A DNA stretch of 64,000 nucleotides from the NCBI GenBank assembly GCA_016699465.1, contig CP064977.1, forward strand, positions 745,116-809,115, in the 5' to 3' direction. Made by a program: the position numbers and the translations under genes. The DNA is from Candidatus Campbellbacteria bacterium. GTDB lineage: Bacteria > Patescibacteriota > Minisyncoccia > Phycocordibacterales > EsbW-18. The notes beneath the pieces were generated by a model, which saw nothing but the letters and a program-made list of their open reading frames with translations, did no database searches and was not told the DNA's origin. This document shows, piece by piece, positions 27,257 to 36,998 of the stretch; position 1 is the stretch's first letter; each line of letters starts with the position of its first letter.

Positions 27257-28540
27257 ATGGAATCTATCAAGATAAAACTGAGCAATCTGAGACGGGCCGA
27301 GTACAACCCCAGGATCATGCCAGACAGCGAAATGGCCGCGTTGAAGACGAGTATTAAGACCTTCGGCTTCGTTGAGTCAATCGTCGTCAATAGCCACGCC
27401 TGTGAGCGCTGTGGCGACCGTAAAGGCGTCCTGGTGGGCGGTCATCAGCGTACCGCGGCCGTTGAAACGATTGTTGAGGCGGGAGAGCAAATACAAGGCA
27501 TTGTTGTCGATAAAGACGGAATTCACATCCCCGCCAACATCGTGGACTTGCATATCGAACAGGAAAAACTTCTGAACCTTGCGCTCAACAAGATCAAAGG
27601 AAAGTGGGATGAGAAAAAATTGTCGGAAATAATCGTGGAGCTCAAAGAATCTCCATTCATTCCGGCCTCAGGGTTTAGAGACGACGAGATCAGCAGGATT
27701 CTCGATCAAACCTTAGAGGATGAGGAGCAGGATGATGACGAAGGGGATTCGGCTAATAAAGAGCCACGGTCCAAACTTGGCGAAATATACGAGCTCGGTC
27801 CGCACAGACTCATCTGCGGCGATTCGACCGATCCCGAAACTTACAAAAGAATTCTGGGCGAAAACAAAGCCGACATGATATTCACTGATCCGCCTTACAA
27901 CGTGAACTATAAAAGTCGAGGAGACAAGCTGAAGGGAGAAGGAAACGAGTCTATCAAAAACGACAACATGGATGACGATTCGTTCCGGATATTTATCGAC
28001 AAGTGCTTTTATTCCATGATCATCCATACGAAGGAAGGTGCGTCGTTTTATATCTGTTCCGGCTGGAGCTCATATCCGCAATTCTTGGAGAGTATGCTGA
28101 AAAACGGTTTTCAACATTCGGGAGTGATCATCTGGGTCAAGAACGTGCCAAGTATGGGATGGAACGATTATCGCTATAAGCACGAGTGGATCGCTAAAGC
28201 CAAAAAGCCCGATCCAAAAACTGCTCAGGGGATCATCTACGGATGGAAGAATGGCACTCATAAATTCTACGGTGAGAATGAATTCGATGTGTGGGAGATG
28301 CCGAGAAAAGCTGTCTCTCGTTATCTTCATCCGACAGAAAAGCCGGATTGGCTTGCAATGCGAGCGCTCAGGAACTCCACTCAACGCAGCGATATTGTTC
28401 TCGATCCGTTCGGCGGCTCCGGTAGCACCATGGCCGCGGCGGAAAAGGTCGGCCGACGGGCATACATGATCGAGCTTGATCCGAAATTCTGCGATGTAAT
28501 CAGGGATCGCTGGGAAAGAATAAATAAAGCAAAGAAATGA
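27257..28540 (+). CDS. ParB-like nuclease domain fused to a beta-class N6-adenine/N4-cytosine DNA methyltransferase
   Basis: N-terminus ...VLVGGHQRTAA (ParB N-domain). Motif IV IFTDPPYNV followed by motif I DPFGGSGSTMAAA. Confidence 0.8.
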   Translation: MESIKIKLSNLRRAEYNPRIMPDSEMAALKTSIKTFGFVESIVVNSHACERCGDRKGVLVGGHQRTAAVETIVEAGEQIQGIVVDKDGIHIPANIVDLHIEQEKLLNLALNKIKGKWDEKKLSEIIVELKESPFIPASGFRDDEISRILDQTLEDEEQDDDEGDSANKEPRSKLGEIYELGPHRLICGDSTDPETYKRILGENKADMIFTDPPYNVNYKSRGDKLKGEGNESIKNDNMDDDSFRIFIDKCFYSMIIHTKEGASFYICSGWSSYPQFLESMLKNGFQHSGVIIWVKNVPSMGWNDYRYKHEWIAKAKKPDPKTAQGIIYGWKNGTHKFYGENEFDVWEMPRKAVSRYLHPTEKPDWLAMRALRNSTQRSDIVLDPFGGSGSTMAAAEKVGRRAYMIELDPKFCDVIRDRWERINKAKK

Positions 28541-29607
28541 AATATTTCAGTTTATTCTCCGGCATCGGGGGATTTGAATTGGGTATCGCCAAAGCCTATG
28601 TGGAAATCATTAACAGAAACAAGATCGGAGCAATCAAGAAGGATTCGAAAAAGAATGATGCAAAAAGGCAGAGATTGGAGTCCAAGAAGGGGAAAGGAAC
28701 TCATGATAAGAAAAGACAATCTCTCAAACTGCCTGACGGGAACGATGACAAAAGAGCATTTATTAATTCTGATTCCAAACGGATATATGAAGATATTGTT
28801 GGAAAACTTTTACAGGGCAAGGTCCCCCAGACTATATGGAAAGACTTCGCCGACACTCCGATCGGATCGATCGGGCCTGCTTGTGTTGGATACTCCGAAA
28901 TCGACAAATATGCGATCAAAATATATGAAAAATACTTCAATCACAAAAATTACGGAGACGTCAGAAAAATCGACGCTCGAGCGTTACCCGACTTCGACCT
29001 ACTCGTTGGAGGTTTCCCTTGCCAGTCTTTCTCTGTTGCCGGAAAAAGAAAAGGATTTAAAGACACCAGGGGAACATTGTTCTTTGAAATTGCTCGCATT
29101 GTTGCTGCCAAAAAACCACGGCTTTTATTCCTTGAAAACGTTAAAGGGCTTCTCTCTCACCAGCAAGGGCGTACCTTTGGAACTATCCTCGCCACATTGG
29201 ATGAGCTTGGGTATGACATCCAATGGGAAGTGCTTAACAGCAAGGATCATGGGGTCCCGCAGAATCGGGAGCGAGTGTTTATTGTCGGACATCTTAGAGG
29301 CACGTCCAGGCCGAAAGTATTTCCTGTCAAAACAAATGACGAAAGGGATTGTGAACAGTATGTTCCGGAGCAGGAAACCGCTCGAGGTGTCAGGAATATG
29401 TCAGACCTTAAAAGTTGGTGGCGACACACCATGCGTATTAGGAAACTCACGCCGGTAGAATGCGAACGATTGCAGGGGTTTCCCGACGGGTGGACTGAAG
29501 GCGTGAGCGACACTCAGAGATACAAAACCCTGGGCAATGCTGTAACCGTGAATGCGGTCCAAGCGGTCTCAAAAAAGCTCTTAAATGCAAGGGCTTGTCA
29601 AAAATAA
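28537..29607 (+). CDS. DNA (cytosine-5)-methyltransferase with an ~88-aa Lys-rich insertion after motif I
   Basis: Motif I LFSGIGGFELG. Then a basic insert. Then ACVGYSEIDKYA, PCQSFSVAG (IV), ENVKGL (VI), TLGNAV (X). Confidence 0.85.
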   Translation: MKYFSLFSGIGGFELGIAKAYVEIINRNKIGAIKKDSKKNDAKRQRLESKKGKGTHDKKRQSLKLPDGNDDKRAFINSDSKRIYEDIVGKLLQGKVPQTIWKDFADTPIGSIGPACVGYSEIDKYAIKIYEKYFNHKNYGDVRKIDARALPDFDLLVGGFPCQSFSVAGKRKGFKDTRGTLFFEIARIVAAKKPRLLFLENVKGLLSHQQGRTFGTILATLDELGYDIQWEVLNSKDHGVPQNRERVFIVGHLRGTSRPKVFPVKTNDERDCEQYVPEQETARGVRNMSDLKSWWRHTMRIRKLTPVECERLQGFPDGWTEGVSDTQRYKTLGNAVTVNAVQAVSKKLLNARACQK

Positions 29608-29623
29608 CCCCGAATAACCCTGA

Positions 29624-30232
29624 ATGAAAAAGCTCCCATTACACGAGGAAAAAATAAAGAGAGCGATAAGGGATGCAATAGTGATCGATCCCTTAATTTC
29701 CGTTGCGAGACTGCAGGATGCTCTCTTTGAGAAGGGCTTTAAAACCCCGAACAATACACCTCTCGATTGGGACTATGTCGCTCGGTTAAGAAAAAAGATT
29801 CATCGACAAGCTATAGAAAACGTCAATCGTCAGGAAGTGGGGCAAAGAATTGCCGAACTTAAAGAAAAAAACAGGATTGTCTTCGATCGTCTGGTCCGAA
29901 TAGCCTATTACACTGAAGACATGAAAAAAGAAGGCATGCAGCCGCCAAGCTACAAGGATGTGATCGCGGCTTTAACGGCAATGGTTAGACTGGATCACAT
30001 GATATTCAACGCCGAACTTGATGCTGGAATATTTGAACGCCACATTGGAACGCTTGAAGTCGAAAAGAGGTATAAACCTCTTCCTCCGGAGTTGAAGGCG
30101 CAAATGATGCTCGCATTTAAAAATTGGGGAATCATCCCTCAGGATCAGAACGAACAAATTAAAGACCATGGAGCAACAGAACATCAATCAAACTCAAACA
30201 CTTCCGCCGCCATCGTGGTGGCAGGACAATAG
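29624..30232 (+). CDS. Putative terminase small subunit
   Basis: 202 aa. Helical N-terminus. Immediately upstream of, and overlapping, the large terminase. Call is by position only. Confidence 0.35.
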   Translation: MKKLPLHEEKIKRAIRDAIVIDPLISVARLQDALFEKGFKTPNNTPLDWDYVARLRKKIHRQAIENVNRQEVGQRIAELKEKNRIVFDRLVRIAYYTEDMKKEGMQPPSYKDVIAALTAMVRLDHMIFNAELDAGIFERHIGTLEVEKRYKPLPPELKAQMMLAFKNWGIIPQDQNEQIKDHGATEHQSNSNTSAAIVVAGQ

Positions 30233-31631
30233 TTTTCTGGATGACTATGATTCGCGCCGAAAACTGGCTCGAACGCTCAAAGGTTTCTGTTTGGTTTATC
30301 TGCCACACTATCTCAGTATTCCGCCGGCCGACTTTCATCACGAGCTCCTTGATACACTCGGCAATCCGAACGAAAGAATGATAGAGGTCCTGGGATTTCG
30401 AGGTAGCGCCAAAAGCACGTACGGATCACTGGCGCTTCCTTTGTGGGCCGCACTAGAATATCCCGACCTGTACCCATTCATTATTCCCACAGCTGACACG
30501 GGACTTCAAGCCGCGATAAATATCGCTAACATTAAAACAGAACTGGAAAGCAATGAACTTATAAAGCAGGACTATGGAGTGATCAGGGGAGAATTCGTGG
30601 AGGATTGGACGCTCGAAAGCGAAGAAGAATGGCAGGCGAAGAATATGCTCCTCTCGACAGGCGTTCGAATACTCGCGCGCTCAAGAGGTCAAAAGATCCG
30701 AGGGTTGAGACATAAACAGCACAGGCCAAAACTCATAATCGTTGACGACCCCGAGGATCTTGAATGGGTCCGTTTGAAGGATAACAGGGACAAAACAGAA
30801 CGATGGCTGAGGGGGGAAGTTATTCCCGCAATTGATGAGACAACCGGAAGACTTGTTGTGATCGGTAACCAACTGCATACCGATGCGCTGATGGCACGTC
30901 TCAAAAGGGATAAAGTATTCAAGCACTTGGAATACCCGCTAGTTAGAGCAAATGGAGTATGTTCATGGAAAGCGAAATATCCGAATGCCGAATCATTGGA
31001 TCTCCAGCGAGACAAAGTTGGGGTAAATGCATACCTGCGTGAGTATCTTCTGAAAGTGGTACCTGAAGAAGGAGCTGATATCAAAGAAGAATGGATCCAC
31101 TACTATGATGCTGAACCGCCCGAAATGCAAACGGGACTAAGTGGAACGGGCATAGACTTGGCGATAAGCAAGAAAGAAACAGCCGACTATACCTCGATGG
31201 TGTCCGGAACATCATTCGTCAAAGAAGGTATTCCAAAAATTTACATTAAACCAAATCCAATCAATGCAAGACTTTCCTTCCATGAGACGATCGAAACAAC
31301 CAGAGCGATGTCCGTGGCGAATCCCTTCTCGATATTCTTTGTCGAAAGCGTGGCATACCAGAAAGCGGCGGTAGAAGAAATGGAGAGGGCTCTATTGCCG
31401 GTTATTGCCATGACGGCAGGGTCCGATAAACGAGCTAGGCTACGTGCTGTTGCCATTTATATTCAGAACGGCACGATAGTCTTTCCAAGAAAGGGATGTG
31501 AAGACCTACTGATTCAGCTTCTCGGCTTTGGCGTTGAGGAACATGATGACCTGGTCGACGCTCTCGTATATTTAATTCTCGGCCTCGTCCAGCAGGGAAT
31601 GCAAAATCCTGAAGTAATAGGACTAATTTAA
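30168..31631 (+). CDS. Terminase large subunit
   Basis: Deviant Walker A GFRGSAKST. Walker B IIVDDPED. C-terminal nuclease-like region. 487 aa. ATG 30168 overlaps the upstream gene by 65 nt. Confidence 0.7.
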   Translation: MEQQNINQTQTLPPPSWWQDNSFLDDYDSRRKLARTLKGFCLVYLPHYLSIPPADFHHELLDTLGNPNERMIEVLGFRGSAKSTYGSLALPLWAALEYPDLYPFIIPTADTGLQAAINIANIKTELESNELIKQDYGVIRGEFVEDWTLESEEEWQAKNMLLSTGVRILARSRGQKIRGLRHKQHRPKLIIVDDPEDLEWVRLKDNRDKTERWLRGEVIPAIDETTGRLVVIGNQLHTDALMARLKRDKVFKHLEYPLVRANGVCSWKAKYPNAESLDLQRDKVGVNAYLREYLLKVVPEEGADIKEEWIHYYDAEPPEMQTGLSGTGIDLAISKKETADYTSMVSGTSFVKEGIPKIYIKPNPINARLSFHETIETTRAMSVANPFSIFFVESVAYQKAAVEEMERALLPVIAMTAGSDKRARLRAVAIYIQNGTIVFPRKGCEDLLIQLLGFGVEEHDDLVDALVYLILGLVQQGMQNPEVIGLI

Positions 31632-31635
31632 TATT

Positions 31636-31836
31636 ATGATTCCAAATCCCAAAAATCTGCCCCTAAGTTTTGAATGGCAAAAAACCATTCGAGAAATTCT
31701 CGACATTGCCGCTAAGTTGGAACATGGAGAAATACTCATTAAAGTTCAAGGCAAAAAGCCGATCCTAACTGAGTATGTTATCAAAAGAAAACCAACCGAT
31801 CCCGATGAGTTTCAGGTTACTATTCTGGGTGATTAG
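31636..31836 (+). CDS. Small hypothetical phage protein
   Basis: 66-aa ORF 5 nt after the terminase stop. Confidence 0.35.
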   Translation: MIPNPKNLPLSFEWQKTIREILDIAAKLEHGEILIKVQGKKPILTEYVIKRKPTDPDEFQVTILGD

Positions 31837-31963
31837 TTATCCACAGCCCATAATCCCTGGCGGGTATTTTTTGTAAGCGGTATACTTTTGGCATCACCAA
31901 GTTGGTGAGTTTGAATACGAAAAATTGAATATATAATTTAGCCGAATCTGGGCGGAAACCGCA

Positions 31964-32004
31964 GGACTCGTAGACCTCAACAAGGTCGCGAGTCCTTTTT
32001 ATTT
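31964..32004 (+). terminator. Terminator-like interrupted hairpin plus T-tract immediately upstream of the portal ATG
   Basis: GGACTCG..GACC..GGTC..CGAGTCC followed by TTTTTATTT. Ends 3 nt before ATG 32007. Confidence 0.4.
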
Positions 32005-32006
32005 AT

Positions 32007-34205
32007 ATGAATATTTTAGAAAAAACACTCAATCTCGTAGGCCTCACTCGAATAAAAACGTCGAGTGTTCCGTTTGCATCGGGCATAACTGAAACCGATC
32101 CTTTTGTTTTGTGGAGCAAGTCCAGAAAAATCTCAATTGAAAAGTCCATGACAACTTACAATGCGTGGACGTATTCGGCCATTCGCGCCATTGCCGAAGA
32201 ACTCGCCAAAATATCCTTCCGACTTTTTCAGGTGAACAAAGACGGAGTGCACGAAGAAATATTCGATCATGAACTTCTCGATTTGCTGGATGGGGTCAAT
32301 CCATTTCAGACCGGCTATGAGCTCCGATACCTTACGGCCTCGCACTTGGAACTCGCTGGCAATTCATACTGGCTACTTGACGGTGTGGAAAAAGATACAG
32401 ATAAGCCTAAAGCAATATTTCTCCTAAATCCTCGTTACACAAATCCTGTTCCAGCTCCTCTTCCTGAATTCATAAAAGGCTACAGCTATTCAGTTGATGG
32501 TAAATCGACTACATACAAACCTGCTCAGATCCTTCATATCAAATATCCCGATCCGAACGACCCGTATCAAGGTATTGGAACGGTGCAGGCCATAAGTGAC
32601 TGGATAGACTCCGATAATTATGCGTCTGAGGTAAATCTCAATTACTTTAAAAACGGCGCCCGTCTCGGCGGACTTTTGAGTTCCGAAAATGCAATCACCG
32701 ATGCTCAGATGAAAGTGCTCCGTGCATCGTTTGAAAATCTCTACAAAGGTGCTGGCAATGCCTATCGAGTGGCGGTACTTCCAAAGGGTGTGAAATATGA
32801 CGAGGCATCAAGCAATCCGAAAGATATGGATTTCGCAAACCTACAGCAAGTTATGCGGGACAAGATTCTTGCGGGCTTTAGGGTGCCAAAAACAATTCTT
32901 GGTGGATCGGAGTCGGAAACCAACAGAGCGACCGCCGAAACTTCAAACTACATATTTGCAGCGCGCACGATAAAACCGAAAATGGAAATGATTGTCCAGC
33001 AACTAAATGAATTCCTCGTGCCTCGATATGGAGACAATCTATATCTTGATTTCGTTGATCCGGTCCCAGAGGATAAGGCGCAAAAAATAGAGGAAATGAA
33101 AGCGGCGGTAGCTCTTCAGCCAGTCATGAGCGTCAATGAGGCTCGAGAAGAATACTTCGGCCTAGACGGAGTTGATAACGGTGAGAGCGTAATGACTGAT
33201 TTCTCAAAAGTAGCTCTTGGTAAACCAAAACCAAAATCAGTGAGCCGAACCGGAAGAAAAAACACAACCGCCGACAAGAAACCTTCGACCAGAGGCGCGA
33301 AGAATACAAAGGCCCGAAAGGTTATGGCCGAAGAAATCGCTAAAAGGATTACGGAAAATATTGAATCAAGCAAGAAACAGTTTGAAGAAGTAAAGACCAA
33401 GGCTCGACGAGATCTTTCCGATTTATCAAATTCCGAATACGAGGTTTTGTACAAAGGTTTCGTGCTCAGAGTCACACGTTATGAAAACCTGCAGCACGAG
33501 GCAATAAAAAAATTCAATAGCAATCAAAAGACGGTTGTTCTCTCAAACCTAAATCGTTTTATAGAAAAAAAGTCCTGGAAAATAACTCAGGAAGATATTT
33601 TCAATAAAGAAAACTGGATCGGAGTAATGGTTGATTTGTCCAAGCCTATCTTGAGTGATTTGTATGAATCGGAAGGAAAAGAGGCGATGCAGTTATTGGG
33701 ATCAAGCGATTTCCGAATCACTCCTGAGGTCCGCAAAGCACTGGATCGAGCAATAGAACTCATGGCTCAGAGCTATAACGAAACCACTCTCGGACTTCTT
33801 AAAGACGCCATCGAAGAAGGACTCGCCGAAGGAGCGTCTCTTCCACAATTGGAAAGCAAGATTTCAAACATTTATGCCTTCAGCGACGAGGTTCGCGCTG
33901 CGCAAGTTGCCCGCACCGAAACATTCCGGATTGCTAATGATTCGACAAAAGAGGCGTGGAAACAAACCGGAGTAGTAAAGACGATCAAGTGGTACACGGC
34001 GGCCGATGAAATGGTCTGTCCTTGGTGTGAAAACATGAACGGAAAAGTTATCTCCATTGACGAAAACTTCTATGACAAAGGCGACGTTCATACAGGTTCG
34101 GATGGATCGGATCTTGATATTACTTACAGCGATGTGGGGGCGCCACCATTGCATGTGAGTTGCCGATGCTACACGAGGCCGGATGAGATAAGCATAGAGG
34201 GATAA
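32007..34205 (+). CDS. Portal protein fused to a Mu gpF-like minor head protein domain
   Basis: 732 aa. The N-terminal ~450 aa is portal-like. The C-terminus carries the CPWCENMNG...HVSCRCY motif typical of Phage_Mu_F/SPP1 gp7 domains. Confidence 0.75.
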   Translation: MNILEKTLNLVGLTRIKTSSVPFASGITETDPFVLWSKSRKISIEKSMTTYNAWTYSAIRAIAEELAKISFRLFQVNKDGVHEEIFDHELLDLLDGVNPFQTGYELRYLTASHLELAGNSYWLLDGVEKDTDKPKAIFLLNPRYTNPVPAPLPEFIKGYSYSVDGKSTTYKPAQILHIKYPDPNDPYQGIGTVQAISDWIDSDNYASEVNLNYFKNGARLGGLLSSENAITDAQMKVLRASFENLYKGAGNAYRVAVLPKGVKYDEASSNPKDMDFANLQQVMRDKILAGFRVPKTILGGSESETNRATAETSNYIFAARTIKPKMEMIVQQLNEFLVPRYGDNLYLDFVDPVPEDKAQKIEEMKAAVALQPVMSVNEAREEYFGLDGVDNGESVMTDFSKVALGKPKPKSVSRTGRKNTTADKKPSTRGAKNTKARKVMAEEIAKRITENIESSKKQFEEVKTKARRDLSDLSNSEYEVLYKGFVLRVTRYENLQHEAIKKFNSNQKTVVLSNLNRFIEKKSWKITQEDIFNKENWIGVMVDLSKPILSDLYESEGKEAMQLLGSSDFRITPEVRKALDRAIELMAQSYNETTLGLLKDAIEEGLAEGASLPQLESKISNIYAFSDEVRAAQVARTETFRIANDSTKEAWKQTGVVKTIKWYTAADEMVCPWCENMNGKVISIDENFYDKGDVHTGSDGSDLDITYSDVGAPPLHVSCRCYTRPDEISIEG

Positions 34206-34222
34206 AAATTATTAACAAACTT

Positions 34223-35350
34223 ATGGATAAAAAAATGAAAAAAGAAGCAACGTTTCAAAAAATAAATAACGAAATCCTTGAGAAGGTCTCATTGGCATTT
34301 GCCACAAAAGAATTTAAAGATGCGATAGAAAAGACCAAGGCTGCAACCGATTCGGGAACATTCGAAGTCATAATTTCGACCGCCGATGAAGATCGCCAGG
34401 GCGAAGTTATTGATCAGAGTGGCTGGGATTTCACCAATTATAGAAACAATCCCGTGGTTCTATGGGGCCACAACTACTACGACCTACCGATTGGCGTAAC
34501 TGACGAGATTTATACAAACGACAAAGGCCAGACTATCGCCAAAGGACGATTCGCTCCGGAAGAAGCCAATCCTTTTGCTCAGCAAGTTCGCCGACTCTAC
34601 GACGCCAAGATTGTAAAAACAACATCTGTAGGGTTCATCGCTCGGGAAATGGAAGGGAACGTTATAACGAAAGCTGAGCTCCTGGAATTCTCCTTTGTTC
34701 CGGTCCCCGCAAACCCGATGGCACTTTCCTTAGCAAAGGAATTAAACCTCAATACTGTCGAACTCATCACAAAAGGACTCTTTGTAAAGGCTGAACCGCA
34801 GGAAGGCGATTCATGCACGACCGATGACTGCAAGGAAGGGACGATGCTCCCAGATGGTTCAGGTGCGCTCGTGTGCACGATAAAGGAGGACACAAAAGCT
34901 GAAGCTCCTGTTGAAGTGAAAGCGGAAGAACCGGAGCTTGTACAGAAAATCGGTGCAGAGCTTTCCGCTATACAGTCAGAGACGGATGCGAGCATCATCG
35001 CTCACTCCAAAGAGATCATAAGTCTGATCACTGAGGAATCTGAAGATGAGAGCGATGAAGCTAAGGCAGAAAAGACCGCACGAGTGCGACAACTGATAAG
35101 TCGCACAAAAATCAAAATAGCCATCAATGGCATGAAAGCCACGATCGGCGCCTTAGAGGAGCTCCTCAAGGGTGCCGAAGGGAAGGAAGATCTCGATGGA
35201 GATACCCTAAAGAAAAGGTCGAATGCCGCAGGGTCAGAGGTCATTGAAGCTCTCAAGGCTTTTAATGCTAACCGCCAGGTCTTGCGAATGATTAATAACA
35301 TTACGAGTGATGCATTGCGAAAAATCAATGATACTCGTGAAAAAAAATAG
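34223..35350 (+). CDS. HK97-family prohead protease with a C-terminal scaffold-like coiled coil
   Basis: FEVIISTADEDRQGEVIDQSGWDF...NPVVLWGHNYYDLPIGV matches the prohead protease (S78/U35) core. Charged helical C-terminal half. Confidence 0.65.
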   Translation: MDKKMKKEATFQKINNEILEKVSLAFATKEFKDAIEKTKAATDSGTFEVIISTADEDRQGEVIDQSGWDFTNYRNNPVVLWGHNYYDLPIGVTDEIYTNDKGQTIAKGRFAPEEANPFAQQVRRLYDAKIVKTTSVGFIAREMEGNVITKAELLEFSFVPVPANPMALSLAKELNLNTVELITKGLFVKAEPQEGDSCTTDDCKEGTMLPDGSGALVCTIKEDTKAEAPVEVKAEEPELVQKIGAELSAIQSETDASIIAHSKEIISLITEESEDESDEAKAEKTARVRQLISRTKIKIAINGMKATIGALEELLKGAEGKEDLDGDTLKKRSNAAGSEVIEALKAFNANRQVLRMINNITSDALRKINDTREKK

Positions 35351-35351
35351 T

Positions 35352-36536
35352 ATGGATCAAAAACAATTGGAATTGATCAAGAGCCAGCTCCAGACCGCCG
35401 TTGAGGAGGTCATGGAGAAGCGTCTCGGCGAAGCTGTATCGCCTCTCGTTGCCAAGGAAACTCGCGCAATCGTGGAGAAGATGCAGATGGAGCGTGCAAT
35501 TTTCGGCAAGGATATGACTGGTCTCTCAGGAGAGCAGAAGTCTCAGTTTGTCGACGTTGTCCGAGCTGCTGCGGGTCTTAAGGTCAAGGCAAATGAAGCG
35601 TTGATCTCCGAACAGGATAACCGTGGAGGTTACCTCGTTTCCAAGGAAGTCGAAGCCGCAATTCTTAGAATCGCAGCTTCCGTCGGTCTTGTGATGAGCC
35701 AAGCTCAGAAGTGGCCTATGGGCACTGACGAGAAGGCAATCCCAAGCTATACCGGCGCATTCCTTGAAGGAGAATTCCTCGGCGTTGATGCCGCTGGCTC
35801 TGTTACCGGAATCACATTCGGTGCCGCTAACCTTATTGCCAAGAAATGGCAGCTCGCCTTCGTGGTCGGAAACGACCTCTTGGTTGACGCTGACGTTCAG
35901 CTTGCAGACTGGTTGCTTGCTCTTGGTGGCGAAGCTCTCGCCAACATGACTGACAAGCAAGGTCTTACAGGCTCAGGTGCTCCGTTTGTTGGAGTGCTAA
36001 ACCACTCTGATGTCACTGTCTACACACTTGCATCTGGCAAAGACACCTTTGCTGAGTTTGATGTGGTAGTGGATACCGCTGACACGATTGCACAGGTTGA
36101 AGAATCTGTGCTCGATGGTGCCGCTTGGTATATGAACCGTACAGTGTGGGCAAAACTTCGCACACAAAAGGATACTGCTGGAGCATTTATCTTGCCTCAG
36201 GCAGGAGCAATCTCCGCAGGAGTTCTTGCGAACAACCCAACTGGCGGTGGCATCCGGCCTATGGGTGAAATGGGAGGATTCCCAGTATTCACCTCTAAGC
36301 ACTTGCCTTCAAACAGTGCAACTGCTGTTTCTACTAAGTACATCATCTTCGGTAACCTAAAGGCTTTGGCCTTCGGCGAAAAAGGTGAGATGACCGTGTC
36401 ACAACACGAGTCAGGTACGTTCGGTGGAAAAGAAATTGCGCTCGCAGATCAAAGAGCTCTCGTTTACAAGAAACGGGTGGCTTTGGTCGTCGCCTTGCCA
36501 GCAGCGTTCGTGGTCGTGAAGACAGCAGCTTCTTAA
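35352..36536 (+). CDS. Major capsid protein (HK97 fold) with an N-terminal delta/coiled-coil region
   Basis: The in-frame ATG at 35352 (MDQKQLELIKSQ...) lies 2 nt after the protease stop. ~395 aa. Position and size are typical. Confidence 0.6.
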   Translation: MDQKQLELIKSQLQTAVEEVMEKRLGEAVSPLVAKETRAIVEKMQMERAIFGKDMTGLSGEQKSQFVDVVRAAAGLKVKANEALISEQDNRGGYLVSKEVEAAILRIAASVGLVMSQAQKWPMGTDEKAIPSYTGAFLEGEFLGVDAAGSVTGITFGAANLIAKKWQLAFVVGNDLLVDADVQLADWLLALGGEALANMTDKQGLTGSGAPFVGVLNHSDVTVYTLASGKDTFAEFDVVVDTADTIAQVEESVLDGAAWYMNRTVWAKLRTQKDTAGAFILPQAGAISAGVLANNPTGGGIRPMGEMGGFPVFTSKHLPSNSATAVSTKYIIFGNLKALAFGEKGEMTVSQHESGTFGGKEIALADQRALVYKKRVALVVALPAAFVVVKTAAS

Positions 36537-36542
36537 TCCTAA

Positions 36543-36560
36543 GCCCTGATTCCTCAGGGC
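36543..36560 (+). terminator. Stable hairpin after the capsid gene (terminator/mRNA stabiliser-like, no T-tract)
   Basis: GCCCTGA-TTCC-TCAGGGC. Confidence 0.3.
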
Positions 36561-36600
36561 GATGGATAGGGAAGTATTTATCAATTAAGCAATAACAAGT

Positions 36601-36894
36601 ATGAGCGATACAAAAACATACAAAGTCTTGCGTCCGATCGGATTCAACGGTGATCGTCTTGAAAAAGATGCAACTGTTGAACTGACCGATGAGGAAGCGC
36701 AGAACATTGGTCCGGATGTGGAGCTCGTCGGCGCTCAAACCGAGCAAATTGATACCTCAGAGGAGGAATCGACGAGCGAGAGTGAATCTGCTCCATCATC
36801 CGATGGAAATGCTGAAGGATCGTTTGAAAACGACCAGCCTAAAGCAGATGCCCCTGCCGATGAGAAAGAAGAATCAGAGGAATCATCAGACTAA
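36601..36894 (+). CDS. Small highly acidic phage protein
   Basis: 97 aa. C-terminal E/S/D-rich tail. Confidence 0.4.
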   Translation: MSDTKTYKVLRPIGFNGDRLEKDATVELTDEEAQNIGPDVELVGAQTEQIDTSEEESTSESESAPSSDGNAEGSFENDQPKADAPADEKEESEESSD

Positions 36895-36998
36895 CCCCTT
36901 TGCGAGATCCTCGCTTCTCTTTTGAGACGGAATCGTCCGATTCCAACTCAAGTCGAAATAGAGAAGGGCTGACAAGCCAAAAGGGAAACATCAAATAT

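Noticed and set aside
28574-29458. 294-aa + strand ORF overlapping the Dcm gene in another frame
   Set aside because: The Dcm frame carries all canonical C5-MTase motifs (I, IV, VI, X). The alternative frame is Lys/Arg/Ser-rich low complexity generated by the A-rich insertion region.
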